Positions 37,704 to 51,704 of a stretch of DNA of 60,113 nucleotides are shown piece by piece. The translations under genes were made by a program, and so were the position numbers. This DNA comes from Gekko japonicus. Its lineage: Eukaryota. The stretch is from the NCBI RefSeq assembly GCF_001447785.1, contig NW_015163644.1:138158-198270 (forward strand). Reading direction: 5' to 3'. Each line of letters opens with the position of its first letter. The first letter of the stretch is position 1. The notes below the pieces were generated by a model, which had not been told where the DNA came from, did no database searches, and worked only from the letters and a program-made list of their open reading frames with translations.

Positions 37704-39105
37704 CTAGGAGAAAAAGGATGGAAAATATTGTTAATACTTCTGGGGGGGATGAATAATTTGTACTCTGATCCACAGACTATGTTCCACCAAGTATTATGAA
37801 GCTGAGTAGACCAAGAGATGTATGCCTAATGATTTGACATTTATGAAGTGGTTCAAAGCAAAACACTTTTGGCTCAATTGATTTGTGGAGTGGTGTAATT
37901 AATGGAAAGAAAATAAGAAAATTAATGTCTTTCTCATCTATAATCCTTTAACTGCCAGTGTAGTACTGGGAATATGAATTGTATTTGGGCAGAAGAGTGC
38001 CACATTTAAACAAGTAGTCCTTTCATATGTGGACATATCTTGAGTATCCACAAGCTGCATAAGAATTTTTGCAGAACTACTAGATCTAGCTGCACTGGTA
38101 TAATCCATCGTATCATGCTGGCCCATCCATCTAAAGCCTAAGGAGAGTACTGGGAGTAGGAAAGTCATAAATTGTGTACCGATGCAAATTGTCTGCCTGG
38201 AAAAGCTGTATCCTGAGATACCTGACAGGATGAAGGAAATCTCTTCACTAAGGACACTTTTGCAACAATTTTAGAAAACCCACTCAGATTATAGGCCAGT
38301 AGGAGGGGAAAAATGGCCATGTTTACAACCATGTTGTATTCAGACAGGAAGCATCACTTCTATGGGACAGGCATCTGCACGAGAGATGGAGGGCAGTGTG
38401 GTTTCTAACTGCAGGAGATTGAACAAGGACTGCCTGGGGCTCAAAACAGATTTGTTTTTGTGCTCAACTTATTTGGGGACCTTCCTTTTTGCTGGGCTGA
38501 CTTAATTACAACATACATATTCAGAACAGAGTCAGGTCAAAAGCAGGCACAGTTGTTGACAATACTTCCCTATCACAAATGGCACTGGACAAATTGTCAC
38601 CTTCCTCCTCCCAGAATAAGCTAGGTATGTTTTCAAAGGTGTTCTTAAAAAAAAGAATCAGTCCCCTGCTTGAGTATGAAGTAGTCTTACAAAAGCAAAC
38701 AAGAAATCTTAGGATGTAATCTTCTGAAAAGGATACTGAAAATCTGGAGTCTTTGTGCTGTTTTAGATTTTGAAGCAGATTTCAGATACTATCACTTCTT
38801 GAAACTTCTGACATCAATCACAACTGCATAAAGGTTACTTTAAAAAATAGAATATGTGTTCTTCAAAGTATTCTCCTATGTGTGTTTTACCAAGAAACCC
38901 AAATCCCTAAATGTGAGGGTTGATCATACTTCCTCATGCCATTCATCCCCTTAACAGCCTGGTGAAACAGATAATTAATATTCCAATATTACAGTTTGAC
39001 AACTGAGCCAAGAGACAGCATTCCTCAAAGCCATGTTAGTGAATGTGGAATCTGTGAATATTCGCCTCTCTGATACAACTCTGAATTCTCAAGTATCTAT
39101 TAGAG

Positions 39106-39573
39106 CAGAGGTTCCCAAACTTATTTGGCCAACCGCCCCCTTTTCAGAAAAAAATTTACTCAGCGCCCCCCTGGAAATCTACCTTCAAGAAGTGGATAAA
39201 AAGATGCAGTGACAAATTTGCACATAGTAAAGAAAGATGTTGTTGTAAGTAAAGAAAGATGTTGGCCTGAAGCCACAGGCCAGCAGCGGCCACCACCACA
39301 CAATAGCCCAGCAGCATCACCAGTATTACAAAGGTGCACATGCATTTGCAGTTTTCAAATGCATGGCTGTGATTGGCTGTGGGGACCCCTCTCCACCTCC
39401 CTCCCTGATCCCAGGAAAAGGCTGCTTTAGATAGGTTCTGGACTCCTCTTTTTGCTTCCACCACCCCCTTATTTTTATTCAATGCCCCCCAATTGTACCC
39501 AAGGCTCCCACCACCCACCTGGATCATTCCAGCACCCCCCAGGGGGTGGTATTGCCCACTATGGGAACCAGTG
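39106..39573. mobile_element. hAT-Charlie-type MITE
   Basis: TIRs CAGAGGTTCCCAAA / TATGGGAACCAGTG and 8-bp TSD TATTAGAG / TACTAGAG. Confidence 0.8.
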
Positions 39574-40106
39574 TACTAGAGGGATTCTAAACATGCAAAG
39601 ATAGTTTTACTGCTTACTTCATCTTCCACATCACCTAAATTGGCATTAGCGCTCCTTCTCGATCTGTAGATGATTCAGAACTCCCACTCCATCCATAAAG
39701 CTGCTATCAACAAAAGGTAGGGTTCTGGGAAAGGCAAAGGACTAAGGTTGAGAAGGAGCTCAATTCCCATCAGAATCTAGGTAGGAACCACTTTTGAATC
39801 AGGCTGAGGATCCTCCAAACGGAGGTGTTTTTGCTTAGGGGGAAAGGACTGTGCTGTATCTCCAGCCTCTCAATCAGATGGCCCTGACATGAAGTGAATG
39901 GGTCAAATTGTAAATATTCCCTAGAAGTACTGGTATCCAAGCCTCCATAGACAAATGCATATGCAGCAAGGGGTGCTTTTCATGAAACAGAATGATGTCC
40001 GCAAAAACTCTGTGCAGGGAAGCAGGATGGACCTCCATAAACAGAAAATATCTCCAGATGATTATTTTATTACAACCTATCAAATCAGTATCCTTGCACA
40101 GTGTTA

Positions 40107-40310
40107 GGGAGGGGTTGTGGCTCAAGTGCCAGAGCATCTGGCATGCAGAAGGTCCCAGGTTCAAGCCCTGGTATCTTCAGTAACAATTAAGCTGTAGGTG
40201 ATGTGAAGACCTCAGCCTAAGACCGTGGAGAGCTGCTGCCACACTGAGTAGACTATACTGACCTTAATGAACCAATGGTCTGATTCAGTATAAGGCAGTT
40301 TCATGTTTTC
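40107..40310 (+). mobile_element. tRNA-derived SINE with CR1-type tail
   Basis: A box tggctcaagtg, B box ggttcaagccc, tail gaccaatggtctgattcagtataaggcagtttcatgt. Degraded minus copies at about 5575-5675 and 51000-51210. Confidence 0.7.
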
Positions 40311-41589
40311 ATGTGTGTGTGTGTGCACAGTGTGGTGAGGCAAGCTGTCCTGAAAGTCAGCAAAGATGAAGCAGCCCACAGCAGTATCAGTGGGATCCCT
40401 CAGGAAAAGCCCTTAGACAGGCCATGGACATTTTTGCTTCTTTCAATTAGATAGCAGACAGCAGACATTGCTGGTAACTCCCAGACACTCCTAAGCAGAG
40501 GTCATCCTTCAGGTACATGCATCCCAGTCAATGAAATTAAATTAAACTTGGAAATGCACTGACAATTAAGGTAGCTGGTCTAAAACAGGAATAACAAATG
40601 CCAATCAACAGACAGGCCACAGCATTCTGAACTACTTAAAATGTCCAAGTTGTCTTCAATGGCTGTTCCTTGCGGAACTCATTACAATAGTCCAGCCATG
40701 AAGTTAAAATGGTCAAGTCCAAGAGACTTTAAGAGCCAGATACAGCTGAAAACGCTCTTGGTACCACTGAATGCAATCCTGGAAACAATGGGTGCCTACT
40801 TTTTTTTTAAGGCTGATTCTTCACTTTGAGGGACCTAATTGGGCAGGAAGGATGGATAAAATGTTTTAAATAAAATAATAACTTAGTAAATATCTAAGAA
40901 ACATGTGCATCACTTATCTCTTATATTTCCTATCAAGGAAAATAGGTGGATGAAAGAGTACTAAGCATGTTTTGAAGCCTGGCTTCATTTTTTTTAGCTC
41001 TGGCCAAAGACACACACACAGAGCCATTTTTCTTCACAAGCTTCCAGAAATGTTGTGGTTGAGTGGTTTCAACCTTCATTGCCCTGACTGTGGGTCTACA
41101 GAAGAAATGTTGACAGGTCAGACAGTTACAAGGCAGTAAAACCTAACTGGTGGTTTGAACAGCTCTGTTAAAAAGTGAAATGTAGCTTGTTGTGTATCTT
41201 GGCTCAGAGGTTTGTGCCATGTATAAGTATACACACCGCACAGGAACAGCTCTGTGACAGAAACCACAGAAATACATGTTTGGAGACAAGGGAGAAGAAT
41301 GTTAGGCCAAAATGAATGATGTACCCTTTTCATGTGGGTTCCCCGGAAAACAGTTCTTGTGATAGAGCTTTCAAACACTCTAGCATTTCTCACAGAGTTC
41401 TTCTCTCCAGTGGCTGTCACTTGACTATAAGTCTCCAAGGTTACAGCAGAAATATAAACTTTCCTGCAGCTCTAGAGGATACATCAATCAGCATGACAGT
41501 AAACAAGAATGAGGATGAAGATGTTGGCAGAAAACAATATTTGCTAAGAGTTTGTGTTTTGAAATGTGGAAGTTTTATTTAACAACTCC

Positions 41590-41960
41590 GGCCTGTGGTC
41601 ATCTGTCATGGTATACATTGGCATCAACAACATTAGGAAGTAGAAGATCTCAGAAGCCAAATGTAGGTTGCTAACTAAGAGCATCTCCAGAAGGATCCCA
41701 CGGTTGATGGTATCAAAGCCATCGAAAGGTCAAGAAGAACCAACAGGAAGGCATTCCCCCTGCCACTCTTCTGGTGAAGCTCATCAATCAGGGTGACCAA
41801 GGCCATTTCTATCTCAAACCAAGGCCTGAATCCAGATTGAAATGGATCTAAATAATCCATCTCCTCCAAGATTGCTTGAAGATGTGTAGTTACCAACCTA
41901 TGCAAAAAGGAATGCTGGCGGTAGTTGTTTAGGTCAGTGAAATCCAGGTAACTCCTCACT
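41590..41960 (-). mobile_element. L2 LINE RT fragment
   Basis: YLDPFQSGFRP..E.ALV.L.D.L....G...LLVLLDLS. Other L2 pieces at about 40500-40800 and 53020-53560. Confidence 0.8.
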
Positions 41961-42633
41961 AAACTCTAGTGACTTTGGATCTCAACTGTTTAAATTCCAT
42001 ACCTCCATAGTCAGTAGAGAGGCCTGATTTACTACACCTTGTGTTTGCTAGAAATATATTCTTCCTGCATGATTCCAGACACAGGATTTCATAGTGAACC
42101 TGATGGTGTTAAGGCACTTTGTAGTAAAGGAAGCCTATTTCCTGGTCTCTAGAGGAGTCCGATCTCATCAGATCTGGGAAACTAAGCAGGGGTGGCCCTG
42201 GTTAGTACCTGGATGGGAGACCACCAAGAAAGTCAAAGACTGCCTTGCAAACTACCTCTAAATGCTTCATACCTTAAAAACCCTGTGGGGTGTTCATAAG
42301 TCAGCTGCAATTTGACCATACTTTCTACCACAAATCTGTTAGCTAAGATAGCTAAATAGAACTGTGTTCAGGGACAAGAGACCACTGAATATCAGTAGCT
42401 GGGGAGAAAACAATGAAGGAAGACAATTGCCCTCACCATTCTGTGCTTCCCAGAAGCACCTGAGTGGCCACTACTGAAAACCAAAGTGCTGGTATAGTTT
42501 GTCTTTTGTTGTGATTCAGCAAAGTTTCAATTACATTCTTACACAGTAGTTTTCAACAAACAATTCCAGTACTGGATTTATAATTTACACATATATAGGA
42601 CTTTCGTGATGGTAACCGGGAGGGCTTGCTACA

Positions 42634-43412
42634 TAGGGATGAGCAAGAACCAGGAAAATGCGGTTTGGTTCATGGCGTACCCAGTTCGTGATCCACAAAC
42701 CATCATGAACTTTTAGCCACAAAGTGAATTGGTTCAATTTGTGATGCAGTAGAATGCCCCCTGGCATGCTAGAGACACCAGACTCAGAGGATCTCCAGCT
42801 GACTCTTCTCTACCTGCCCTCCAAGGTTGGTGTGGATTGGATTTACGAGGTCTGAGTTACCCCCCCCCCCAAAAAAAAAAAAGAAGAAGAAGATGCCACC
42901 AGGAAAGTGCTTTCTGCAGAAATTCACAGGTTCAGGAGTGCATAGAATGGACACTGGGCAAGCTAGAGACATCAAACTTGCAGAGGACCTCCCCCTGATC
43001 ATCCTCTACATGCCCTCCAAGTTATGTGCAGGGACTTCGGGGGTTCGAGTTATGCCCCCCCCCTTATGAAGATGCCCCTAAAGCAGTGCTTTTGGGGAAA
43101 ATGTGAGGCACAGGTTCATAACACCAAACACACAGGAAACCTATTAATGTTTCCAAGACTGGAGAATTCCACCCTCCTGTTGCTTTGAAGTTGTTTTAAA
43201 GTGGCTTTGTCACTTTGAAGTTTGGAAAACAATTTATTTGAGCAGAGACAGCATGTCTGGAAATGTATCCATTCACGAACCACCAGAAACTGCTTGAAAG
43301 TTTGTGGAAAGTTTGTGCCGGTTGACCTGCCACAAAATTCAGTTCACGAACCACAAACCAGTGAAAATTCATCACAAACTTTAGTTTGTGAGCTGGTTCG
43401 TGCTCATTCCTA
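42634..43412. mobile_element. Non-autonomous hAT-like element (779 bp)
   Basis: TIRs TAGGGATGAGCAAGAACCAG / CTGGTTCGTGCTCATTCCTA with subterminal gaacc/ggttc repeats. Confidence 0.75.
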
Positions 43413-44370
43413 TTGCTTACACAAAGGTTAGTTTCTGAAACCTGTTTTTCCTTCTGCAGCAGCAGCAAAGATCGGGGGGGGGGAGTTCCCCCCCTCATTG
43501 CTTTCCTATTTCATCATCACTGATGGTGCAGATGTATGGAATAGGCCAAAAATTCTTGCAGGAGTAGAAGCTATAGTTAGACAAAGCAGCATGCCTATGC
43601 TTTCTAGTGCAGGAGGTGAATTGTCTTTGGGCACACAAGCAAACCATTTGGCTACCTTGTTGTATAGTAGTATAAGTAGCAGTGGCTCCTCCACACAGCG
43701 GTAGTCAGAAGACCATCTCCCCTCTAGTATAATTTTTTCTGTCTAGAGAACCTGAACATTACAGGAAATCAGTAATCATGTAAACAGAAGAACAGAGGTT
43801 TCCTTTACAACTCCACCTTGTTCACTGGGCAAGCTAGAGACATCAAACTGGAACATCATAAACTCTCCTCACTACTATGCTGCATTTTTAAATCAAAATA
43901 ATCTTGCTTCCCCCCGCCCAGTCCTAGGAAGAAGAACAAAATGACACCTCCCTAAGCAGGAAATTGCTTGTAAAACTGTTTTTTCTCCCCCATCTGACCC
44001 CTTGAAGCTTTCCTGGCATTTGCACTGGTTTCTCTTAGGTGCCAGGCTAAAACATTTCTGTTCACCCAGTCTTTTAATTTAATTGATCTTTTAGCTGTAA
44101 ATGGTCTGTTTTTACAGTCTATGTTCTGGAGAGGTGGCATATTTTTTTCCTAAATAATAAATAAAATGTGCTGCAGAACACACTAATAGTGATTTTTTGT
44201 GTTTTTTCACCATTCCATGTTTGCATTCTTTGGTTTGTTTTTGCTTCCCATAAGCTTTTAAAAACTGTTAAGCCTTTATACTGCTTAGTGGAGACTTTTT
44301 AGATGCATTTAAAATAAATGCTTGCCAATGAACAGGGACAGGAAAAAACAAAGAACCTTCCCCCACTTAC

Positions 44371-44715
44371 CGTTGACAGTGACGGTCAACTTTGTCCAAT
44401 GAACTCCAGATTCACCTGAAGCTCCAATGTAACAACAGCGGAACATTCCAGAATCAGATGCTGTGACATTCCAAAGTACAATTGTGTTTGCCTGGGTAGA
44501 ACAATTGATCTCTACCCGTTCTTCGTAATCTGAACCATGAACTGATTGACTGAGTTGAGTACATTTGACTATGGTATCCACAGTGCCTTCATGAGCCCTT
44601 TCCCATGTCACATGTTTCATTGCTATCACAGGGGCAGTCCCACATCTAAATGTGACATTCTTCCCTGGTCCAGTAATGATATGGGAACCTGCTGAGACTG
44701 GAGGCGTAAAGTTCC
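44371..44715 (-). CDS. CD226: CD226 coding exon 3 (Ig domain 2)
   Basis: ttatttgtttaacag| acceptor and |gtaagt donor, 345 nt, phase 1-1. Encodes SHIITGPGKNVTFRC..VTWE..NCS..NVTASDSGMFRC, resembling human SHIVSEPGKNVTLTC..DVTVSDSGLYRC. Confidence 0.95.
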
Positions 44716-46049
44716 CTGTTAAACAAATAATAGGGAATGAATTTTTTTATCATTGTATATATTTACACTCTTAACACATTAAGCATTTCATAGAGAACCA
44801 TACCCCAGGATTGATATTCATTGGTCAATCTTAAATTAGTTATGAACAGTTAGAAATTCAGTCACACTGTAATCAACAACTGTCTTAAAAACCTCAGTTA
44901 ATATCAAGAACCAATAAGGACCAGTTACAGCTTATGGCTCCTATGATCATTCCAGTAGAGAGTGTTCTATGACAATAAAACTGAAGAAGAGGATATTTCT
45001 TCTGGATCATGTAGATGTATGTGCACTTTTGGATCATGTGGATGTATGTGCTCTGTTCCCCATTGAATATTCTCCTTTTTGCAGCAGGGTTTAAGCAGAT
45101 ATGGGTTTAAGCAGATATGGTCCAGACTGCCAATCCTTGTCACACAAGACTCTTTCTTGTGACAACTGTGCTTCCTCAGAAGAACTATATGTGACATCTT
45201 TTTAGTAAGAAAAACACAAGGGTTAACTAGAACCCAGAATTACAGCCAGTTCCCACTATTGTCCTCCACAACCACCCAAACAGTATGTACTGAGCAGTTA
45301 TGGTTTTACATTGTAATCTTAACTTAATTTGTTTTTACATCACTATAGAGTTTTAATGTATATATTCATATGTATGTTTGTTAGCCGCCCTGAGCCCTCC
45401 ACGGCGGGGAGGGTGGGCTATAAATTTAATAAATAATAATAATAACACTCAAGCCCTCACCAAACCAGTTAGAAACACAGAACAACCTACACTTCGCGCA
45501 CTATTCACTCTTTGTCCATGCAATCCTCCTGTGTCAATGGATACATTCATTGGTACATGTAGCAGGGGATACCTGTATATTGGCATTTGGATGACACACT
45601 CCCAAAACACACAGAGGCCGGTGATACAAAAGAGATAGTCATTACAACATGCAAGCAAAGCAAAGTGTACCCCTATGCTATTTCCCCCCCCAAGAAGATA
45701 ACTAAATTTTTGTAGTGGAGACTTTCCAAACAATATTGAGATCTGGATCGAACGGGAAGTATAATACACATCTACAGAAATAGTTTTTTCCAAAACATAA
45801 TTAAAATTAGCCTATTTGAATTTATCATATAGGATTGATTCAATAATCTTTTTAGTGCCATTCAAAGACTGGAAGAGTGCAGGACTAATTTCCCTCCAGA
45901 GGACTGGTTCTCAGGTGATTTTGCACATGCCACCTAAATGCAGAACTACTAATAAGCAAAGAGTGATTTAATTGGTTTGTGTTACTTGAGATCTCAAGGA
46001 ATTCATTTTGAAGGTAGAATGTCAGAAGGGGGTTCGGGGCTATCCAGTA

Positions 46050-47365
46050 TATTGCATTGAGTGTAACATACATGACTCTGTGTCAACTGGACAGAAGTCA
46101 TGGGTGTGTGCTTGGTGCAAGGAGCTCCTGGTTCTCAGGTAATGAGTTCGCCCCCTTGAGGCCTAGGTGGCTGACCTGGAGAAGCACTCTGAGAATGGCA
46201 GCCCCACCACTGTCAGGGAGCACGAAGGTCAAGGAGAAACAGGGCACTGTTCTGATCATAAAGGGAGTGTGCCCTCAGAAGGGACCCCTTCTTCAGTTGG
46301 TGAACAGGTATTCTTTAGAAGGGAGGGACGGGGGCTCTTGGTAGTTGATCATTTGATCCCTAGGCATATAGATAGATGGGTTTTGAATCTGCATACTGAC
46401 TGCATGGTGACTTACCTGCCTGGTGCGAAGGTAGCAAATGTTACGTGTGGTCTAGATAGGCTGGTAGACAGTGCTGGGTAGGAGCCAGTGGTCATGGTAC
46501 ATGTTGGCAACAATGATATGGGGAAACGTAGTTGCGTGGTCCTGGAGGAAAGATTTAGGCTACTAGGCAGGAGACTCAAGGCCAGAACCTCTAAGGTAGC
46601 CTTTTTAAAAGTGCTGCCTGTTCCATGCACAGGGCTAGCTAGGCACGCACAAATTAGGAGTCTCAATGAATGGATTAAACAATGTGTATGGAGGAATGAT
46701 TTAAGTTTGTTAGGCACTGGGGTGCTTTTTGGAACAAGCTTTTAAGTTTGTTAGGCAATGGGGTGCTTTTTGGAACAAGCAGAACCTGTACAAAAGAGAT
46801 GGTCTTCATCTGTCCCAAGAAGGAACCAGGCTGCTGACACTTAAAACCAAAAATGTGGCAGACTAGTTTTTAAACTAAATCGTGGTGGAAAGACGACAGG
46901 AGAAGAAATATCTCTGGTTCGGGATGGCTTATCTCAAAGAGATGAAGGGGTAATGGTTACTGTTCTAGAGGAAAATGGATTAGGACTGGCCACTGAGACA
47001 AACAATATTGACTTCCTGACAAAGTCTAGAGGCCACAGGAGAAAGTTTCCAGGCCTAACATGTCTGGGAAATTATAGATGTTTATATACAAATGCTAGAA
47101 GTGAACAAGGTAAAAAAGGGGAGCTGAAATGCTCAGTGTCAGAGGAGAACAGACATTTTCGGCATTTCAGAAACTTGGTGGGATGAGGATAATCAGTGGG
47201 ATACAGGGATTCCTGGATATAAATTACATCAGAAGGATAGGGAGGGAAGGGTCAGAGGTGGAGTGGCTCTATGTATAGAGGGTATACAGTCCAGTAAGAC
47301 TGAGAATGTAAGAAAAAATAGATTCACTTAAAGAAACACTATGGGTGGGAATAGTGTGACCAAAA
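46050..47365 (+). mobile_element. CR1 LINE 5' part: ORF1 SGNH-esterase domain and start of ORF2 endonuclease
   Basis: Peptides LPGAKV..VVMVHVGNND..LKARTSKVAF (esterase) and CLYTNARS..ETWWD..WD..IPGYKL..KDR....GGVAL (APE), with stops and frameshifts. Confidence 0.88.
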
Positions 47366-49949
47366 GGATGAGCTTCAGGAGCAGGGGAATCCCTGAAGTT
47401 ACCAGGAAGTCCTTGCAAGGAAAAGCTGCCTCAGAGCGGTGCCCCTTTGAAGAGATGACACCACCTCAACCACTGATTGGGGCTGCCTCTCAAGAGGGAC
47501 TATCATAATGTCAAGAGGGAATCACTGTCACTCATTAGGAATGTTCTTGTAAGAGTGATCACACATTTCATAGAAATGGGTACCCATAAATGCCCAATCA
47601 CAATGGCTAACACCTTATCCATCGGCTGCCTCTGGTCTCTTCTTCCTTCAGATAACGTGAATTGGGGGAGGGCTGTACAGCAGCTGCGAGGGAGAGATTA
47701 TCACAGGCTCCCCTTCACATGGTCCCTGTCCTTAGATAGACACATTCTCATGCTTCCAGTTTTAGCAACACAGGAGTGGGAAGAGCACTAGGAAGGAGTG
47801 AGCATGATGTGACCCAAGAAACAGGAAGCCACTAGGAAGGGGGTGGGGTACCCCTTTCATCTTGTACAGAGTTTAGCTTTCACCTGGTTCTCTTCCTTAC
47901 TCAGAACAGCCAAAGAAAGAACTATTAATGAGTATGTTGACATTTCTCAGCTGACTCTTTCACCTATGGCAAATGTATATAGCAGAAGACCAATTTTTCA
48001 AAAAAAAATTCACTGGCCCAAGACAGCTTTAATTTCTTCATCAGTAAATAGTTAAAGCTGCAAGAATTTCCATCCAACTGTCTGTCATGGTACATCGTGT
48101 CTGTCACGGTACAACCTCATATTTCTCTATTTTAAAACTGGCTTTTAGTGGAATGTAACAATTAGAGTGACTTGAGATACTGGTACATTGCACAGAAGCT
48201 GTAATTCTGCAAAATGAACATCTTATAGCAAGGGTACCACAAATGTTTCATACCAGGGCGTTGGTTTTCTATATGGTCATAGATATTTGTTTGTCAGTGG
48301 CGCTTAAGGTTCATTTCCATATTTACAAATTCTGCTTGATACAGTTCTTCAAGGAGCCAGAGTCAGCTCTTAAATAGTGTGGGGTTTTTTTTGGGGGGGA
48401 GGTTATTGCACAATGCTCTTACCAATTGGGTTAGGTTAGTGCTTCCTTATTTCCCAGTTGCAGAGAAAGAGATTATTTTTGCTGCAGTGGTTGACTAAAC
48501 AAAACGTGGTTTCCTCAAGAGGAGTCTACAGGGGGCCCAAACTTCACCTCCAGGTTTCCTAGCTTGTGCTTCAGAGATGTGAAGAGAACACCCTGGGGTT
48601 GTAAGAGATTTACTTTCCTTCTAGTAAGACCAGGGTCAGCCCAACTCCATCCATCCATCAGCAAAGAACCAGTGCTGGTAAGCTGGTGTCCCCCTCCCAC
48701 TAGAGAAAGCCCATTGCTACTTCTGTTGGTTGTTCTACAACTAAGTCTCCCTCTGGAGGCACCTCAGTGGTGGCCACAAAAGAAGAGGGCTATCTTCACC
48801 TGGGAACACTGGCTCTCAGCCAGAAACCAAGGCCAGCTGCTGCTAGAGTTCAGATATGCAGTGAGCTCAGCTTTCTCCTCATCTTCCTAGCCGATTTCAT
48901 TTTGTTGTCACCCCCCTTGATCTCTCTATAAATACAATGATAGCTGATCAATGAAATAATAATACGATAGTGATGAAATAGGCTATTTGTGTCAGATCTG
49001 GTCTTACATCATGTCATTGGGATCTTATTATTTCATTATATCATAAGAGCTCCTGTTTCAGGCTTTGTGCCACTCTCAGGCATTCATGCAGTACCTTCAT
49101 ACTGCCATTAACTGATGCATGTCCTTATATCCATGACCACAGCCTTGAACTGGTGTAATGCATGAAATATACAGCCTAAAGTATCTGTCCCATAATTTAT
49201 TATCTGAGCATAAGCTTCTCAGAAAGAGGAAATGATACTCAAGCTCAATCTCTATATAAATCTGTCATGCTAGTGGAGGATTATGTGCTATACTGAGGAT
49301 GAAATTGTTGTGACATCGTTCTGTCTTCACTCTATTACTGTTCTGCTTGTTAGAAAACCATTACCAGACATAGGTGAAGAATGGGAAAATACGGGAGTAA
49401 TTAAACCCACCATGATGCTATTATGACTGTGAACCAGAAGAGAATTTACCAAATTTTTGACACCAGCAATAGACAGCAAGTCTTTAATTCCTTTGGAATT
49501 TCAGTAGGGACTGGGAATCTATTTTTTTAATGCAGACAGAGAATTCTTCTCCCACCTTGAATCTTTACACTTATACTTTTCATTAGTACTTATTAAAAAT
49601 TTGAACTAAGAACTGTCTCTCAGAGTTCAATTAGCCCAAGTACAGAATTAGAAGAGTAAGAACTTTGAAGCAAGACTGGAATCATTACATGATGAAATAG
49701 AATTTTCACTTAACAAAGAAAGCCTGCTTCAGTAACACACTCACACATATGTGCACACTCTCTCACACACAGAGAGCAGCTGCCATAATTAAACACTTTC
49801 TTTAGCAGGTGGAATATTGGATCACTAACATAATGCACCTGTAACAGCCACACACCAAGAGACGCAAATCCCTTGCAAGTGTTCTTCCTTAGCTCAAACA
49901 GCTTTTGCATGAGGTAGAGAGAGAAATTAGAAAGCTCTCAGTCTCCTTT

Positions 49950-50215
49950 ATACAAGGACGTTCCAATTATGAGTTACAGAAGATCTAAAGACAAGAAAAT
50001 TAATGGATCGGGCAGACATTTTGCATCCTTATTACTAAAGAATGATCTGTTAATATTAAATGGATACACATATTTTGGTGGAAAAGGAGATTTTACTTGT
50101 ATAAATCATTTAGGTGCAAGTGTAGTAGACTATTTTGTTGCTTCTGCTGACTTACTTAGAAGTGTGGAATCCCTGGAAGTGAAGGATTATTTGGGGGGGG
50201 GGGTGATCATTATCC
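49950..50215 (+). mobile_element. APE endonuclease fragment of an RTE-X-like LINE
   Basis: RRSKDKKIN..G....L..LNG....GDFT.....GASVVDY. Confidence 0.7.
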
Positions 50216-51365
50216 TGTACAATTATCATTACGTCTATTTATTTTTCCACTTATACCCCGCCCTACCCTGCCGAAGCAGGCTCAGGCTGGCTTACACAAG
50301 ATAAATGTTACACAAGTAAGATATTTACCGTCTCTCATCTTAGGTAAAGCACTTAGCACTAACCCAGAGACTTAACACCTTAAGATCACTGAGGTGGTGT
50401 GAAGCCATTGAAGCAGAAGCAAAAGCTCTCAGTCACAGGTTCCATCACATGGAAAATGTTTGTCATATGCACCTTTGAATCACTAACAAATATTTGGTTT
50501 TGTCTGTAAGACAACTCTTGAAAGTGCAAATATACATATAGATATCTGATTTACTTTCTTGTTAGTATCAGACACGCTTGTCTAAATTGAAGTGCGGAAT
50601 GTCATTGAAGTACAGAATGCTATACACAGGATGAGGATTGTTAATGAATTTGAATGTTATAAATTGGATCCAATGATAATTTCCAGTGACAGAAGGAATT
50701 TTTGTCATGAGAACAGGACTATTTGTATAGTTAGGCCCTCAGAAGAAAAGGATTTGTGCATTTGTGTTGTTGGTAACATATTTGCAAAAGATTGAGAAAC
50801 TATGTTATCCTAGCCTATTGTTGTAAAATTACAATTCATACAAAGAAAATAATATTGCTGTTCTCAGCAAAAGCATTTTGGTGGTGATGGTGGAGTTTTA
50901 AAATATTCTGGTGGGAACAGAGCTATACACTCCTTTCCCCTCTGCTTCTTCTTTTTATTTAAAGTGTCCCTCCCGGCAGATATGTTGCATAGGCAAAATG
51001 ACCCCATGAACGTATGAAGTTGACCTACACCTTGTTAGACGCTTATCCATTTAGCTCATTATAATCTACTCTGTCAGAAGCCCTGGGGTTCCAGGCATAG
51101 AAGGGTGTTTTATAAAGCCTGCTGTCTGAAAACCTTTAAATGGAGAAACCAGACTGAACCTGGGAACTTCTGCATGCAACACCTGTGCTCTACCATTCAA
51201 CCTTCTTCTCCCCATCATATACATCTAATCTACAGTCAAGAGTACAAGGATCCAAAACACTTGGGCCACTTTTGTCAGCCACTAATGCAAAGCCAAACAG
51301 CCATAGAAGTGACATGTTGCACTTATCCAAATCTTCGAAGACAGTGAGCAATCCATTTAGCTTAC

Positions 51366-51704
51366 CTGATTGGACAACCTGTACCTTCTTTTCCCATATC
51401 CCATATGGGAAGGTCTGAAACGAGCATACATATAAGCCAACATCTGCCTCAGTGGTACTGCTGAAAACCAAGGATTTATCATTTACAGTATGATTAACAA
51501 TATTTACTCTGCCTTCATATGTGCTAGTAATATGTAGGTCATGAGGCAGTCTGAAGACTGCAATTGCCTCTTTCCTTTTGCTCTTAATCCATGACATCTG
51601 GGTTATAGTTGCAGTCTTTGGATAGACACATTTGAGAGTCATATTATTGGTAAGTTTCACAGTTGAATCCACAATTTTGCCTTCCTCTGCAACAGAGAGA
51701 CATC
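51366..51704 (-). CDS. CD226: CD226 coding exon 2 (IgV domain 1)
   Basis: ttgtttgttttggtag| acceptor and |gtaag donor, 339 nt, phase 1-1. Encodes MTLKCVYP..ITQMSW..DVGLYVCSFQTFPYGIWEKKVQVVQS, with Ig Cys/Trp and the PVR-family ITQ and TFP motifs. Confidence 0.95.

Noticed and set aside
42150-42230. 5S rRNA gene
   Set aside because: Partial, diverged and fused to a retroposon tail, so a SINE rather than an rRNA gene.
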